DNA of 64,000 bases from Octopus sinensis (Eukaryota): contig NC_043009.1 in the NCBI RefSeq assembly GCF_006345805.1, forward strand, positions 48,236,001 through 48,300,000, written 5' to 3'. Position numbers and translations under genes: made by a program. The notes under the pieces are model-generated. The model searched no databases. It worked only from the letters and a program-made list of their open reading frames with translations, and was not told where the DNA came from. Positions 23,976-35,744 of the stretch are shown piece by piece; position 1 is the stretch's first letter, and each line of letters starts with the position of its first letter.

Positions 23976-24669
23976 TATATGAGATGATCGTTCCAGAATT
24001 GAAACCGTTACGATGTCTCCACTTCACGTGACATTATCGCCTTACCAATTTTTGTACCTCAGAAATATATCTCTTCATCACCAACAGATCTAAATTACAA
24101 TAATTCCATACTAATTATTTTGGACGAACGGACAAGTTTAGTTCGTCCGTCTGGCGCATTATGAAAGTAAGACCATTACCTAGTTGCTGTAGTGGTTGTT
24201 GTTGTGTTTGTTGTTGTGGTGATGACACTTTTTCCTTATATTTTATTTTGGTTGTTTGTTCTTGGTGCTTTTTTTTGTTGTTGTTGTGGACGCTTTTGTT
24301 GCTTGTGATGTTTTTAGAAAAAAATTAAAAGGAAAAAAATACACCAGGAAAAATGTCGGAAAGTAAACTACATTATATTTTAATTTCAATTGTGTTGTGC
24401 TGTGTGTGTTTGTGTGTGTATATATGAGTGTGAATATATGTATATGTATGTGTATATCTGTATGTATGTGAACGCACTCACACACACACACATATGTGTA
24501 TATATATATATATACATATACACATACATACATTTATACATACATACACACACACATATATATATACATTTACACGTATACACACACACGCAGATATATA
24601 TTGACATACATATATATTTAATACACGTCTATACATTTACGAACATACATAACATACATATAAATATAT

Positions 24670-24715
<46 letters not shown>

Positions 24716-24914
24716 TACGTGTATAGTTGTACATATACCTATATATCTTATACACATAGGCACATACATATATGCATATACATATATACATGTATATATG
24801 TGTGTGTGTGTGTGTGCGTGCGTGCGTGGGAGCGCGCTTGCTCGCACGCTTGCTTTATTATTTTATTATCGTCGTCACAAAATGCAACGCTCTGAAGGGC
24901 AAAAAAAAAAGACA

Positions 24915-24945
<31 letters not shown>

Positions 24946-25359
24946 CAAAAGAAATTGCTCAGAAAAATTAAGATGCTATGAAATAAACTAAACCAAAACA
25001 AAATAGGCAAACAAATATAGCGTCTACAAAGATTTTCAACAAACAAACACACACAGAGACACATAAACAAACAAAGATCCACAAATTTGTCTGCCAATTA
25101 AATCAAAGAAAATTATTTAAAAAAAAAATGTTTAAAAGAACTAAAAACACCCCCCCCCCATCAAAATGGTATGATTTTAAATACAAATAGAAATTGTATG
25201 TATATAAAATATATCGTGTTTTAGAATTCTTTTAGAGAGAGAGTTTTATAAAAAAATATATATATGTATATTTTAAGAAAATAGCTTTGTTTTACTATCT
25301 TGGTTTTAAATGACTGTTAGATGAAGAATTGGTGCATAAATAAAGTGTGACAATGGTTG

Positions 25360-25676
25360 ATTATAACGATGATGATGGTGATGGTAGTGGAGGTGATGGT
25401 GGTGATGATGACGACTGTGTTGATGGTCGTGTTGGTATGATAGTCGTGTTGGTATGATAGTCGTGTTGGTATGATAGTCGTGATGGTGATGAGAGGATAA
25501 ACGGGTTCAGTGGTGATGGCGGAAATGCCCCTGTTGGTGCGAAAATTGACGGTATTCGCGATGACGACGACGACGACGACGACAACGACGATGATGGTGG
25601 TGGTACGGTCATGGTGATGATGATGGAGTTGATAGAGAGAATGATGATGATGGTGACGATGGTGATGGTGGTGATG

Positions 25677-25708
<32 letters not shown>

Positions 25709-25979
25709 GATGATGATGATCATCATCATCATGATGATCATGATCCTGACTACGAGGGTGACGATAATGATGAAACTGCTGCCTTTGCTGCAGCTGATAA
25801 TGATAACGATGATGATGATGACGACGATGATGACGACGGCGATGGTGATGATGACGAGGAGGAGGATGATGATGATGATGATGGAGTTGATAGAGAGAAT
25901 GATGATGATGGTGACGATGGTGATGGTGGTGACGACGACGACTACGACGACGATGATGATTTGATGATGATGATGATGT

Positions 25980-26032
<53 letters not shown>

Positions 26033-26170
26033 GCGATTATCATAATAACGATTATGATTCTTCATTTATTGTCCAAAAGCGCCTCAATGACGATGAAAGT
26101 TATTCTTCCTTCTTTTTGATCCACGATGATGATGATGATGATGATGATGATGATATGACGAGGAAGACGA
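25360..26170. repeat. (GAT)/(GAC) low-complexity tract with 17-bp x3 tandem (gtcgtgttggtatgata) and internal ~55-bp duplication (about 25620 and 25878)
   Basis: Direct sequence. Confidence 0.9.
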
Positions 26171-26279
26171 CGACAACGTGAATGATCATGTTGATCAAAA
26201 TGTTGAAAATGATGACCACAATTTCGATGACAGTGAGTAGTGATTTTCTTTTTAGGTAGTGGATAGCGATTTTCTTCAT

Positions 26280-26915
26280 TACTTCAGGGAGTGACGACTC
26301 TGCCTGACACGAGTCCCGGGCTCAGCTGGCACCGGCTGACAGTACCCGGTATGCGCCCCTATCTAGGGTTACGGAAAGGAGACAACCTTCAAAGAAATCC
26401 GGAGTGGAGCGCCGTAGGCGGTTTAGTGTTCGACTCGACACTCTTCCAGCAGCTCCTGCAACCAAGCTGGTGAACTGGCAGAAACGCTAGCACAGCGGGC
26501 GAAATGCTTAGCGGTAATTCGTCTGCCGCTACGTTCTGAGTTTAAATTCCGCCGAGGTCGACTTTGCCTTTCATCCTTTCAAGGTCGATTAAATAAGTAC
26601 CAGTTACGCACTGGGGTCGATGTAATCGACCTAATCCGTTTGTCTGTCCTTGTTTGTTCCCTCTGTGTTTAGCCCCTCGTGGGTAGAAAAGAAATAAGAA
26701 ATAAGAAACGTTATGCTCTGCACTCCTTTGGACTACGTCAGCAAGGTCGAGAGAGGAATCCTGACGATTGGGCTACCAAAGATTTTCTTATATATAGCCC
26801 AGGCCTGCGTAAAACTGTAGAGGAAACTGAAGGGGACATGAAAAGTAAAAATCAGACTACATTAGTTTATACGCAACTCCATTGACTCCCGAGACAAAAG
26901 GATGCCAACAACAAC
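26280..26915 (+). mobile_element. RTE-type-tailed non-autonomous element interrupted by a SINE B
   Basis: ..aaatccggagtggagc..cagctcctgcaaccaagctggtg [SINE B] ..gcactcctttggactacgtcagc..gagacaaaaggatgc(caa)n. Confidence 0.5.
26469..26702 (+). mobile_element. SINE family B (nested)
   Basis: Full consensus match. Confidence 0.92.
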
Positions 26916-26918
26916 AAT

Positions 26919-27114
26919 GTGGAGGTGCAATGGGCCAGTGGTTAGGGCAGCAGACTCGCGGTCGTAGGAACGCGGTTTCGATTCCCAGACCGGGCATTGT
27001 GAGTGTTTATTGGGCAAAAACATCTAAGCTCCACGAGACTCCGGCGGTGGGGGATGAACCCCGCTGTACTCTTTCACCACAACCTTCTCTCACTCTTTCT
27101 TCCTACTTCTGCCA
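26919..27114 (+). mobile_element. SINE family C, 5' half
   Basis: ggtgcaatgggccagtggttagggcagc..ggtttcgattcccagaccgg. Confidence 0.85.
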
Positions 27115-27533
27115 CAAAACATAGTATGACCCACTATGGTGTGGTAAACTTTCAGACCCTAGTATAGATTGCGAATCATCTGTACCCCAGGATGGTTCAG
27201 CTCTCCATCCGTTAAAAGCCACCGTTTACGGAATGAGAATTACAGCGTAGCTTTCGCGCCCGTGCAACCGCCATTCTATTCTTAGTAGATTAGAGTAGGC
27301 TCGAATTAGAGACTATTCTTTGTGGCTAATGGCGTGAGTCCTGATTGGAAGAAGAAGACAACAACAATTTCGATGATGACTATGATGACGATGAAGGCTA
27401 TGATGATGACGAATGTGGTCATGATGATGAAACAATGACAATAACGATGAAGCAACAACGACGATGACGACGATAATATGGACGATGAAGACAGTGACAA
27501 ACACTACTACTACCACTACTACTACTACTACTA

Positions 27534-27576
<43 letters not shown>

Positions 27577-27786
27577 TTTAATAATAATACTGCTGTTGCT
27601 GCCGCTGTTGCGACTTATGTTTTATACTGGAAATATTGCGACTCACAGCGCCAGTTCTACCAATAACAACAGTTTTATATTGTTTTTCTCCATTTCTCAC
27701 AAAAAATATTACTTTCTTATTGAATAACCGTAATAATAACGAAAAGAACAGTAACAACGATATCAATAATAATAATAATAATAATA

Positions 27787-27830
<44 letters not shown>

Positions 27831-27848
27831 GTAATAACAATAATAAAA

Positions 27849-27903
<55 letters not shown>

Positions 27904-28043
27904 TAATAACAATAACAATAATAATATAGATAATAGTAATGTACAGTGTTTTCTTTAATTGCCGCTAGGGCACCCTCTAAAAATTGAAAGAAAAACACTT
28001 TGACATCTCGAGACATTTGAATACAATAAGAAATTACACAATA

Positions 28044-28088
<45 letters not shown>

Positions 28089-28710
28089 TATATATATATA
28101 TATAATATATATATATATATACATATACATGTATATGTATTTATGTATATATATGTATATATACATACACACACACACACACATATATATATATAGGTAT
28201 AGGTGTATGAATTTATACACACACGTATACATCAATGTATATAAAACATTTACTGCAAATTACTAATAGGGTGTGACTGAAAACATTTGAGTGTGTATCT
28301 ATGTATTTATCTATGTATGTATCTATCTATCTATCTATCTCCACATATATATATCTATATAAATGTATATGTATGTGCATGCGCACACGTATATAACAAC
28401 ACACACACACACACACACACGCACACACACGCACACACACACACACATATATATATATACGTACACATACATACGCGCACAGATTCAAACAGTCACAGGT
28501 ATCTATCTTCGTAAGTATTTGTAAGCATATAAATATGAATGTTGGTATGCATGTACATGCGTGTGTATGTATGTGTGTGTATGTACGTGTGACGAGTGGG
28601 TGTATGCAGAATCATACTCTTTTACTCTTTTAGTCTTTTACTTGTTTCAGTCATTTGACTGCGGCCATGCTGGAGCACCGACTTATATACATATAAAGAG
28701 AGAGGTATAT

Positions 28711-28745
<35 letters not shown>

Positions 28746-28760
28746 TATATATATATATAT

Positions 28761-28832
<72 letters not shown>

Positions 28833-29003
28833 TATATAATATATTTATATATATGTATATATATATATATGTATATTAGATTTATGTGTGTATATGAAGA
28901 TATTACCACCTATGTTAACTTTAGATACATTTGGCTAATATTTGGGATGCGTGTCGGTATGTGCGTGTATGTATGTAAATGCATGCATACATATACCTGT
29001 ACT

Positions 29004-29059
<56 letters not shown>

Positions 29060-29216
29060 CATGTATGCATGTGTATATGTATATATGTGTCTGTATATAT
29101 ATTTGTATATATATATATACATGCATATATGTATATATTTACATATATATATATGTATGTTTATACGTATATATATATATATTATATATATATATATATA
29201 TAAATATATATATATA

Positions 29217-29248
<32 letters not shown>

Positions 29249-29732
29249 CTAATATTTATGGACCTGGTAAATCTTGATAAGAACAACAAAAATAATTGTG
29301 ACAACAATAACGCGATAATAAAACAAACATCTAAATCAATGAAAATAATGTTAAAAAACACTCCAACATATCTACATGAAATAAAAAAATAAAAAAATAC
29401 TAATAAACAAAACAAACAAACAACACCTAACAAAACACAGACCGAAATGAACTGATTGATCAATAGTATGAAAATTGGGAAAATTTTTGAAAAAATCGAT
29501 AATATAATTTGTACAAACAATGAAATGGCAAATTGACTTGTTAAAAGTTTGAAAAGATACAAGAAATATAAGGAAAAAATGCACAGACTTTTAGAACACT
29601 CACACGTATATATATATTATATATATATTTATTTTATATATATAATCATATATATATATATATATATACATAATTATATACATAATTATATATATAGAGA
29701 GAGATACACACATATATAAATATATAACTGTG

Positions 29733-29796
<64 letters not shown>

Positions 29797-29930
29797 GTGT
29801 GATATTCATATATTTTATATGGATATTTATACGTATATTGTACTAATTTCTGTTATTTAAAAGTGAGAAAAAAATTAATTTAATTCTTAGTAATATATAT
29901 ATATATATTATATATATATATATATATATA

Positions 29931-29967
<37 letters not shown>

Positions 29968-29969
29968 TA

Positions 29970-30000
<31 letters not shown>

Positions 30001-30464
30001 ATTTTTTCTTTGTGGTAGGAGAAACTGTTATTTGTAGTATCTTTATTGTTATTGTGTATTTTTTTCTTGTTGTTGTTTCAAATCGAAAGTAAAATTTGTC
30101 TTCGCTGAAGAAAAATCTTTTTTTTCTTTTTTCCTTCTTTGAGTTCTATACATAAGTGTGACACACAGAGTTGCAAAGTTTGCGATCGACTTTGACTAAT
30201 GAGTGATTGTATAAGTGTGAAAATAAATGATATAGAAAGAGAAAAGAAAGCGGAAAAGTGAAAGAAGGAAGTAGGGAAAGTGAGAGAGTGAGAGAGCTAG
30301 AATAATATGCTGAATCAGCATTATATAATCACACACAGACAATTCTATGTATATACGTGTGCGTATACATATATATACATATAAATACTTACATATATAT
30401 TTATATGGATGTATGTATGTTTTTATGTGTGTATAATCAAAAGCACACACAGATATAGATGAAT

Positions 30465-30660
30465 TTGTCATTTTTTGGCGTCCATGCTGGGGCATTGCCT
30501 TGAAGAATTTCATTCGAACGAGTCGACCCCAATACTTAGATTTTTTTAAAACACGGTACTGATTCTATCGGCATCTTTGTCGAACCGCTAGTTTGCGGGG
30601 TCGTAATCACACCAGCACCAGTTGCCAAGCGCTGGTGGCGACAAACAGAGAAACAAAGAA
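30465..30660 (-). mobile_element. SINE family A, 3' half
   Basis: ccatgctggggcattgcc..gtcgacccc..gaaccgctagt..cacaccagcacc. Confidence 0.75.
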
Positions 30661-30686
30661 ATACATGCACATACAAACATATCTAC

Positions 30687-30739
<53 letters not shown>

Positions 30740-30908
30740 CACACAAAACACACACAAATGCACATACGCATACACAAAACACACACTCATCACACAGACA
30801 CGCATAAACACACACATACATACATGCATACATACATACATACATACATGCATACATACATACGATCGCTGAAGACTACTGTTTTTCTCTCTCCATTTCC
30901 CTCTCAAT

Positions 30909-30945
30909 CCTTTCTGTTAAAGAGCGTTGGCACGAAACGTTAAAG
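30909..30945 (+). ncRNA. Degenerate minimal hammerhead-like motif (same family as 19661)
   Basis: CCUUU[CUGUUAA]A GAGC-GUUG-GCAC[GAAA]CG[UU]AAAG. Confidence 0.45.
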
Positions 30946-31028
30946 ACTTTTCTATTTTGCCCGAGCGTTTAACTACCCGCTTTTTGTTTCTGCACCTGTC
31001 TTCGTCGTTGTTTTTTTTTGTAAATTTG

Positions 31029-31062
<34 letters not shown>

Positions 31063-31097
31063 CTTTCTCTCTCTCTCATGCACACACTCACTCTCAA

Positions 31098-31128
<31 letters not shown>

Positions 31129-31198
31129 GTCACACACACACACATATATATACAGACATGACATTTTTATGTTTCAGGTTCTATATGTGACTGTTTAA

Positions 31199-32190
31199 TC
31201 ATACCATGCACAAAAGAAGCCTTGCAACTGTCTAAATTTCAAAGACGCCGTATTGTAGGTCATTCTGAAGGTGGACATAGTCAGCGAAGAATTGCAGAAA
31301 ACCTTGTGATCCCACTTTCTACAGTTAATAGAGTGATTGTGCAATTCACCAGAGAGGAGGAGTTCACACCACCCCGCACAGATCAGCCAGGGCCCTCTGA
31401 CAGGACCCTTCTCTTGCGTGGAGGATAATCCTCGTTGCAAGGCCTCTGACATAGCAGCACAAGTTGATATCAGTCCCAGAAGAGCTGTCAAGTATCTCCA
31501 CAAACTTGGCCACTGTGGCAAAGCAGCAAGAAGGAAGACACTTCTACCAGCCAACATCAAGCAGAGGAAGGATTGGGCCAGTGAGATGGAGGAGAGGCCA
31601 CTCGCATTTTGGGACGTTATCATATTTTCTGATGAGCTGTATTTCCCGACAGTGGTCGAGTGTGCGTCTGGAGACTCTGTGGTCAAGAATTTAATGGGAA
31701 AAGATTGCAGCCAACAATGAAACACGGCAGCTATTCTGTGATAATCCGGGAAGCAATCTGGAGCAATGATTTATCAAAGCTGGTAGAGTGTGAGGGAAAC
31801 AGAATCCCGGAAAAATATGTGTCCATTTTCCAGAACGGACTCCTTCCAATTTTTTCCAGTAGTGAAATAATTAAAGAAGTCTCTTTATTTATGAAAGATG
31901 GAACTCCTTGTTGCATGGCTAAAATAAACTAAAATTTGTTGGACGAAAATGGCATTAAAAAGCTTCCATGGCCAAGCCAGTCACCATATATGAACCTTAC
32001 TGAACACTTCTTGGACATAATGGACAGGACACTTCAGAAAAGGAATAAGAAAGCATCTTCAGCGTTAGATCTTTTGAGATTACTGCGTGAAACTTGGCAA
32101 GAAATTCCGCAAGAGAATATTCGTCATCTAATCAGTAATATTCCAAATAGGCATTGAAAAATGCAAAAGACTTCCGTAATAAATATCAAA
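31199..32190 (+). mobile_element. Tc1-family transposase pseudogene (DD34E type)
   Basis: HTH: [37 protein letters not shown]; ARRK, WDVIIFSDE, RLQPTMKHG, FMKDGTPC, LPWPSQSPYMNLTEH. Many frameshifts; TIRs not found. Confidence 0.95.
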
Positions 32191-32325
32191 TATTCACATT
32201 ATAACTATAAATGATTTATTTGAACATACAAAAGTAATAGGATAGAATAGAGTGTCGCATCAGAATTATTAGGATAAAACTTACTTGGAAAAGGATGCGT
32301 GGCGTTCAATCATATAATAATATAG

Positions 32326-32366
<41 letters not shown>

Positions 32367-32587
32367 GAAATATTAAAATAACTAAGTCTCTCTAAAAGAG
32401 AACAGCGGCAGCGTTCCCGGCAAATAATAGTTATCGCCATACTAATATGGCATTCTTATAAAAATAAGAAAAAAAGCTGTCCGCTTATTAGCTCCATGAG
32501 GCCATCGCCTTAAGTTAGCTATTTGATACACAAACTGTATCCATATAACCTTCGAACAAGGGAGGTCAGTCGCTCCACACTACTTGA

Positions 32588-32643
32588 CCGGCAGCTACAG
32601 ACGCGTTTCGGGGTATTGCCCCTTTTCAATGCAGCGTAGCCAG
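32588..32643 (-). ncRNA. Type I hammerhead ribozyme, U3:A8 variant, copy 1
   Basis: CUGGC UAC GCUGCA[UUGAAAA]GGGG-CAAUA-CCCC[GAAA]C-GC-G[UC]^UGUAGC U GCCGG; stems I, II and III all pair. Confidence 0.8.
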
Positions 32644-32948
32644 CCAGTAGGTGTCGCTTCCGACAATCTCTGTTCGATGGTTTTATTTACCTAGTTTCGG
32701 TGGAATACATCCACTTGTTTTCAATAATAGAAATATTAAAATAACTAAGTCTCTCTAAAAGAGAACAGCGGCAGCGTTCCCGGAAAATAATAGTTATCGC
32801 CATACTAATATGGCATTCTTATAAAAATAAGAAAAAAGCTGTCCGCTTATTAGCTCCATGAGGCCATCGCCTTAAGTTAGCTATTTGATACACAACTGTA
32901 TCCATATAACCTTCGAACAAGGGAGGTCAGTCGCTCCACACTACTTGA

Positions 32949-33004
32949 CCGGCAGCTACAGACGCGTTTCGGGGTATTGCCCCTTTTCAATGCAGCGTAG
33001 CCAG
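32949..33004 (-). ncRNA. Type I hammerhead ribozyme, U3:A8 variant, copy 2
   Basis: Identical to copy 1. Confidence 0.8.
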
Positions 33005-33309
33005 CCAGTAGGTGTCGCTTCCGACAATCTCTGTTCGATGGTTTTATTTACCTAGTTTCGGTGGAATACATCCACTTGTTTTCAATAATAGAAATATTAA
33101 AATAACTAAGTCTCTCTAAAAGAGAACAGCGGCAGCGTTCCCGAAAATAATAGTTATCGCCATACTAATATGGCATTCTTATAAAAATAAGAAAAAAGCT
33201 GTCCGCTTATTAGCTCCATGAGGCCATCGCCTTAAGTTAGCTATTTGATACACAAACTGTATCCATATAACTTTCGAACAAGGGAGGTCAGTCGCTCCAC
33301 ACTACTTGA

Positions 33310-33365
33310 CCGGCAGCTACAGACGCTTTTCGGGGTATTGCCCCTTTTCAATGCAGCGTAGCCAG
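33310..33365 (-). ncRNA. Type I hammerhead, copy 3, with stem III substitution
   Basis: + strand G>T at 33327 changes C15.2 to A. Confidence 0.65.
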
Positions 33366-33643
33366 CCAGTAGGTGTCGCTTCCGACAATCTCTGTTCGAT
33401 GGTTTTATTTACCTAGTTTCGGTGGAATACATCCACTTGTTTTCAATAATAGAAATATTAAAATAACTAAGTCTCTCTAAAAGAGAACAGCGGCAGCGTT
33501 CCCGGAAAATAATAGTTATCGCCATACTAATATGGCATTCTTAAAAAATAAGAAAAAAGCTGTCCGCTTATTAGCTCCATGAGGCCATCGCCTTAAGTTA
33601 GCTATTTGATACACAAACTGTATCCATATAACCTTCGAACAAG

Positions 33644-33717
33644 TCATGGAGCTAATAAGCGGACAGCTTTTTTCTTATTTTTATAAGAATGCCATATTAG
33701 TATGGCGATAACTATTA
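33644..33717 (+). repeat. Inverted fragment of the 361-bp unit terminating the array
   Basis: tcatggagctaataagcgg..ggcgataactatta is the reverse complement of taatagttatcgcc..gctccatga in each unit; followed by (TA)n. Confidence 0.95.
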
Positions 33718-33759
33718 TATATATATATATATATACATGCTTGCCCACATATGCATATG

Positions 33760-33837
33760 TGGAAGAAGAAGAAGAAGAAGAAGGAGAAGAAGAAGAAGAA
33801 GAAGAAGAAGGAGGAGGAGAAGAAGAAGAAGAAGAAG

Positions 33838-33868
<31 letters not shown>

Positions 33869-34210
33869 TGCGGCTGCAACTGCTGACACTGCCGCTGCTG
33901 CCGCTGCTTACGCTGCTGCCGCTGCTGCCGCTGCTACCGCTGCTGCCGCTGCTGCCGCTGCTGCCGCTGCTGCCGCTGCTGCCGCTGCTGCCGCTGCTGC
34001 CGCTGCTGCCGATGCTGCCGCTGCTACCGCTGCTGCCGCTGCTGCCGCTGCCGCCGCTGCCGCCGCTGCCGCCGCTGCCGCCGCTGCCGCCGCTGCCGCC
34101 GCTGCCGCCGCTGCCGCCGCTGCTGTCGCTGCCGCTGCCGCTCCTGCTTCCGCTGTTGCCGCAGCTGCCACCGCTGCTGCTGTTGCCGCCCCTGCTGCTG
34201 CTGCTGATGA
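33760..34210. repeat. (GAA)n followed by (GCTGCC)n/(GCC)n microsatellite
   Basis: Direct sequence. Confidence 0.97.
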
Positions 34211-34347
34211 TGATGATGGTGATAGGGATTAGGATGATGCTATTGATGATAATAAGGGGATTATGATGATGATGATAACGACCACGATCGCGATCACGAC
34301 TACGCTGATGATGGCGACGACGACGACGACGACGATGATGCGATGGT

Positions 34348-34570
34348 GGCGGTGGCAGAAACGTTAGCACGCCAGGCGAAATGCGTCGCTGTATTTCGTC
34401 TGTCGTTACGTTCTGAGTTCAAATTCTGCCGCGGTCGAATTTGCCTTTCATCCTTTCGGGGTCGATAAATTAAGTACCAGTTACGCACTGGGGTTGATGT
34501 AATCGACTTAATGCCTATGTCTGTCTTTGTCCCTTCTGTTTTTAGCCCCTTGTGGGCAATAAAGAAATAG
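34348..34570 (+). mobile_element. SINE family B
   Basis: Full consensus match. Confidence 0.9.
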
Positions 34571-35517
34571 GTAATGCTGCTGCTGTTGTTGCTACTGACG
34601 ACAACAAATACGTCAGCAATGACGACGGAGAGAAGGAGAAATAGCTAGAGAGAAAGCGTAAGAGGTCGACGACGATGGCGACGGCGACGGCGACGGCGAA
34701 GACGATGACGACGATGATGATGGTAGAAACGGCGGTAGTGTTACTGCTGCTACTAATGTCAGATGATGGTGACGATGACGACGACGTCGACATTTTGAAT
34801 TTGGTCAGAAAATTTAGATAAGGTGAAGTTTTAGAGAAAACGCGATTTACTTTCAATGGATAGTTTTGTGCAGTTTTATTGCGTAAAGATAATGGCTTCA
34901 CTGCTTTAATCTATGATTGAGACAATAACTATAATAACAAGGAGGTAATCTTGTTTATTGAAAGAGAGAGAGAGAGAGGGGGGGGAGAGGGTGAAAACGA
35001 GAGATAGGAAGAGGAGGAGGAGGGGGAGGAAAAGAGGCTTTTAGTTGTATTAACGACTCTCTGGTGACGGGGAAATGGACAGTACTACTTAATCTAGAGC
35101 GCTTGTTGTTGTTGTTGTTGTCACTGGCGTAGTCGTTGATGTTGATTCTGTTGTGAACATTATTGCTGTTATTATTGTTGGTGTTGAACTTAGTTTGCTG
35201 TAGATAATGTCGTTGTTGTTGAGTTTGCTGTTGTTGTTGTTGTTGATATGGCCGTATTCGCTATGATTGTTAATGTTTTTTCTTATATTTGCGAGTATAG
35301 CGTGTTTGCTTTTTTTTTTAAAGTAAAAATTGAAATTATTCAGAAGGAAGCATAGAAACAGAAGTAACAAACGCAAAACAACTGTTTACACTTTACATTT
35401 TATCTCAATATTTCGAGTTTAATATCCCTTCATCAAGAATAAAAAAATGAATGACAATATCAAAATAGTATATTTTGCTCAAACAAACTTGTTGCTCTTG
35501 GTGTTTTTGGTAATAAA

Positions 35518-35712
35518 CTTTCTACTATAGGCACAAGGCCTGAAATTTGGGGGAGAGTGTAGCCAATTTGATCGATCCCAGTGTTTAAGCGGTACTTATT
35601 TCATCGACCCCTAATGAATGAAAGGTAATGTCGACTTAGGCGGAATTTGAACTCAGAACATAAAGATGGACGAAATGTCGATAAGTTTTTTGTCTGGCGT
35701 GCTAACAATCGT
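35518..35712 (-). mobile_element. SINE family B, opposite orientation to the adjacent cluster
   Basis: ggtacttatttcatcgacccc..gtcgacttaggcggaatttgaactcagaac. Confidence 0.85.
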
Positions 35713-35744
35713 GTCTCCTCGCTGTCTTCTTCTTGGTAATATAA

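Larger units (their letters stand above)
32361..33643 (-). mobile_element. 361-363-bp x3.5 tandem array, retrozyme or Penelope pseudo-LTR-like
   Basis: Landmark aatagaaatatt recurs (g at 32367, 32730, 33091, 33452); units nearly identical; (TA)n at the left edge. Confidence 0.9.

Noticed and set aside
26285-26400. Possible HDV-like ribozyme at the 5' end of the RTE-type element
   Set aside because: I could not assign P1, P2, P3 and P1.1 pairings by eye; an RNArobo/Infernal search is needed.
33702-34266. Poly-Glu/poly-Ala and Leu-Pro ORFs
   Set aside because: Pure GAA/GCC/GCT repeats; stop-free only because of composition.
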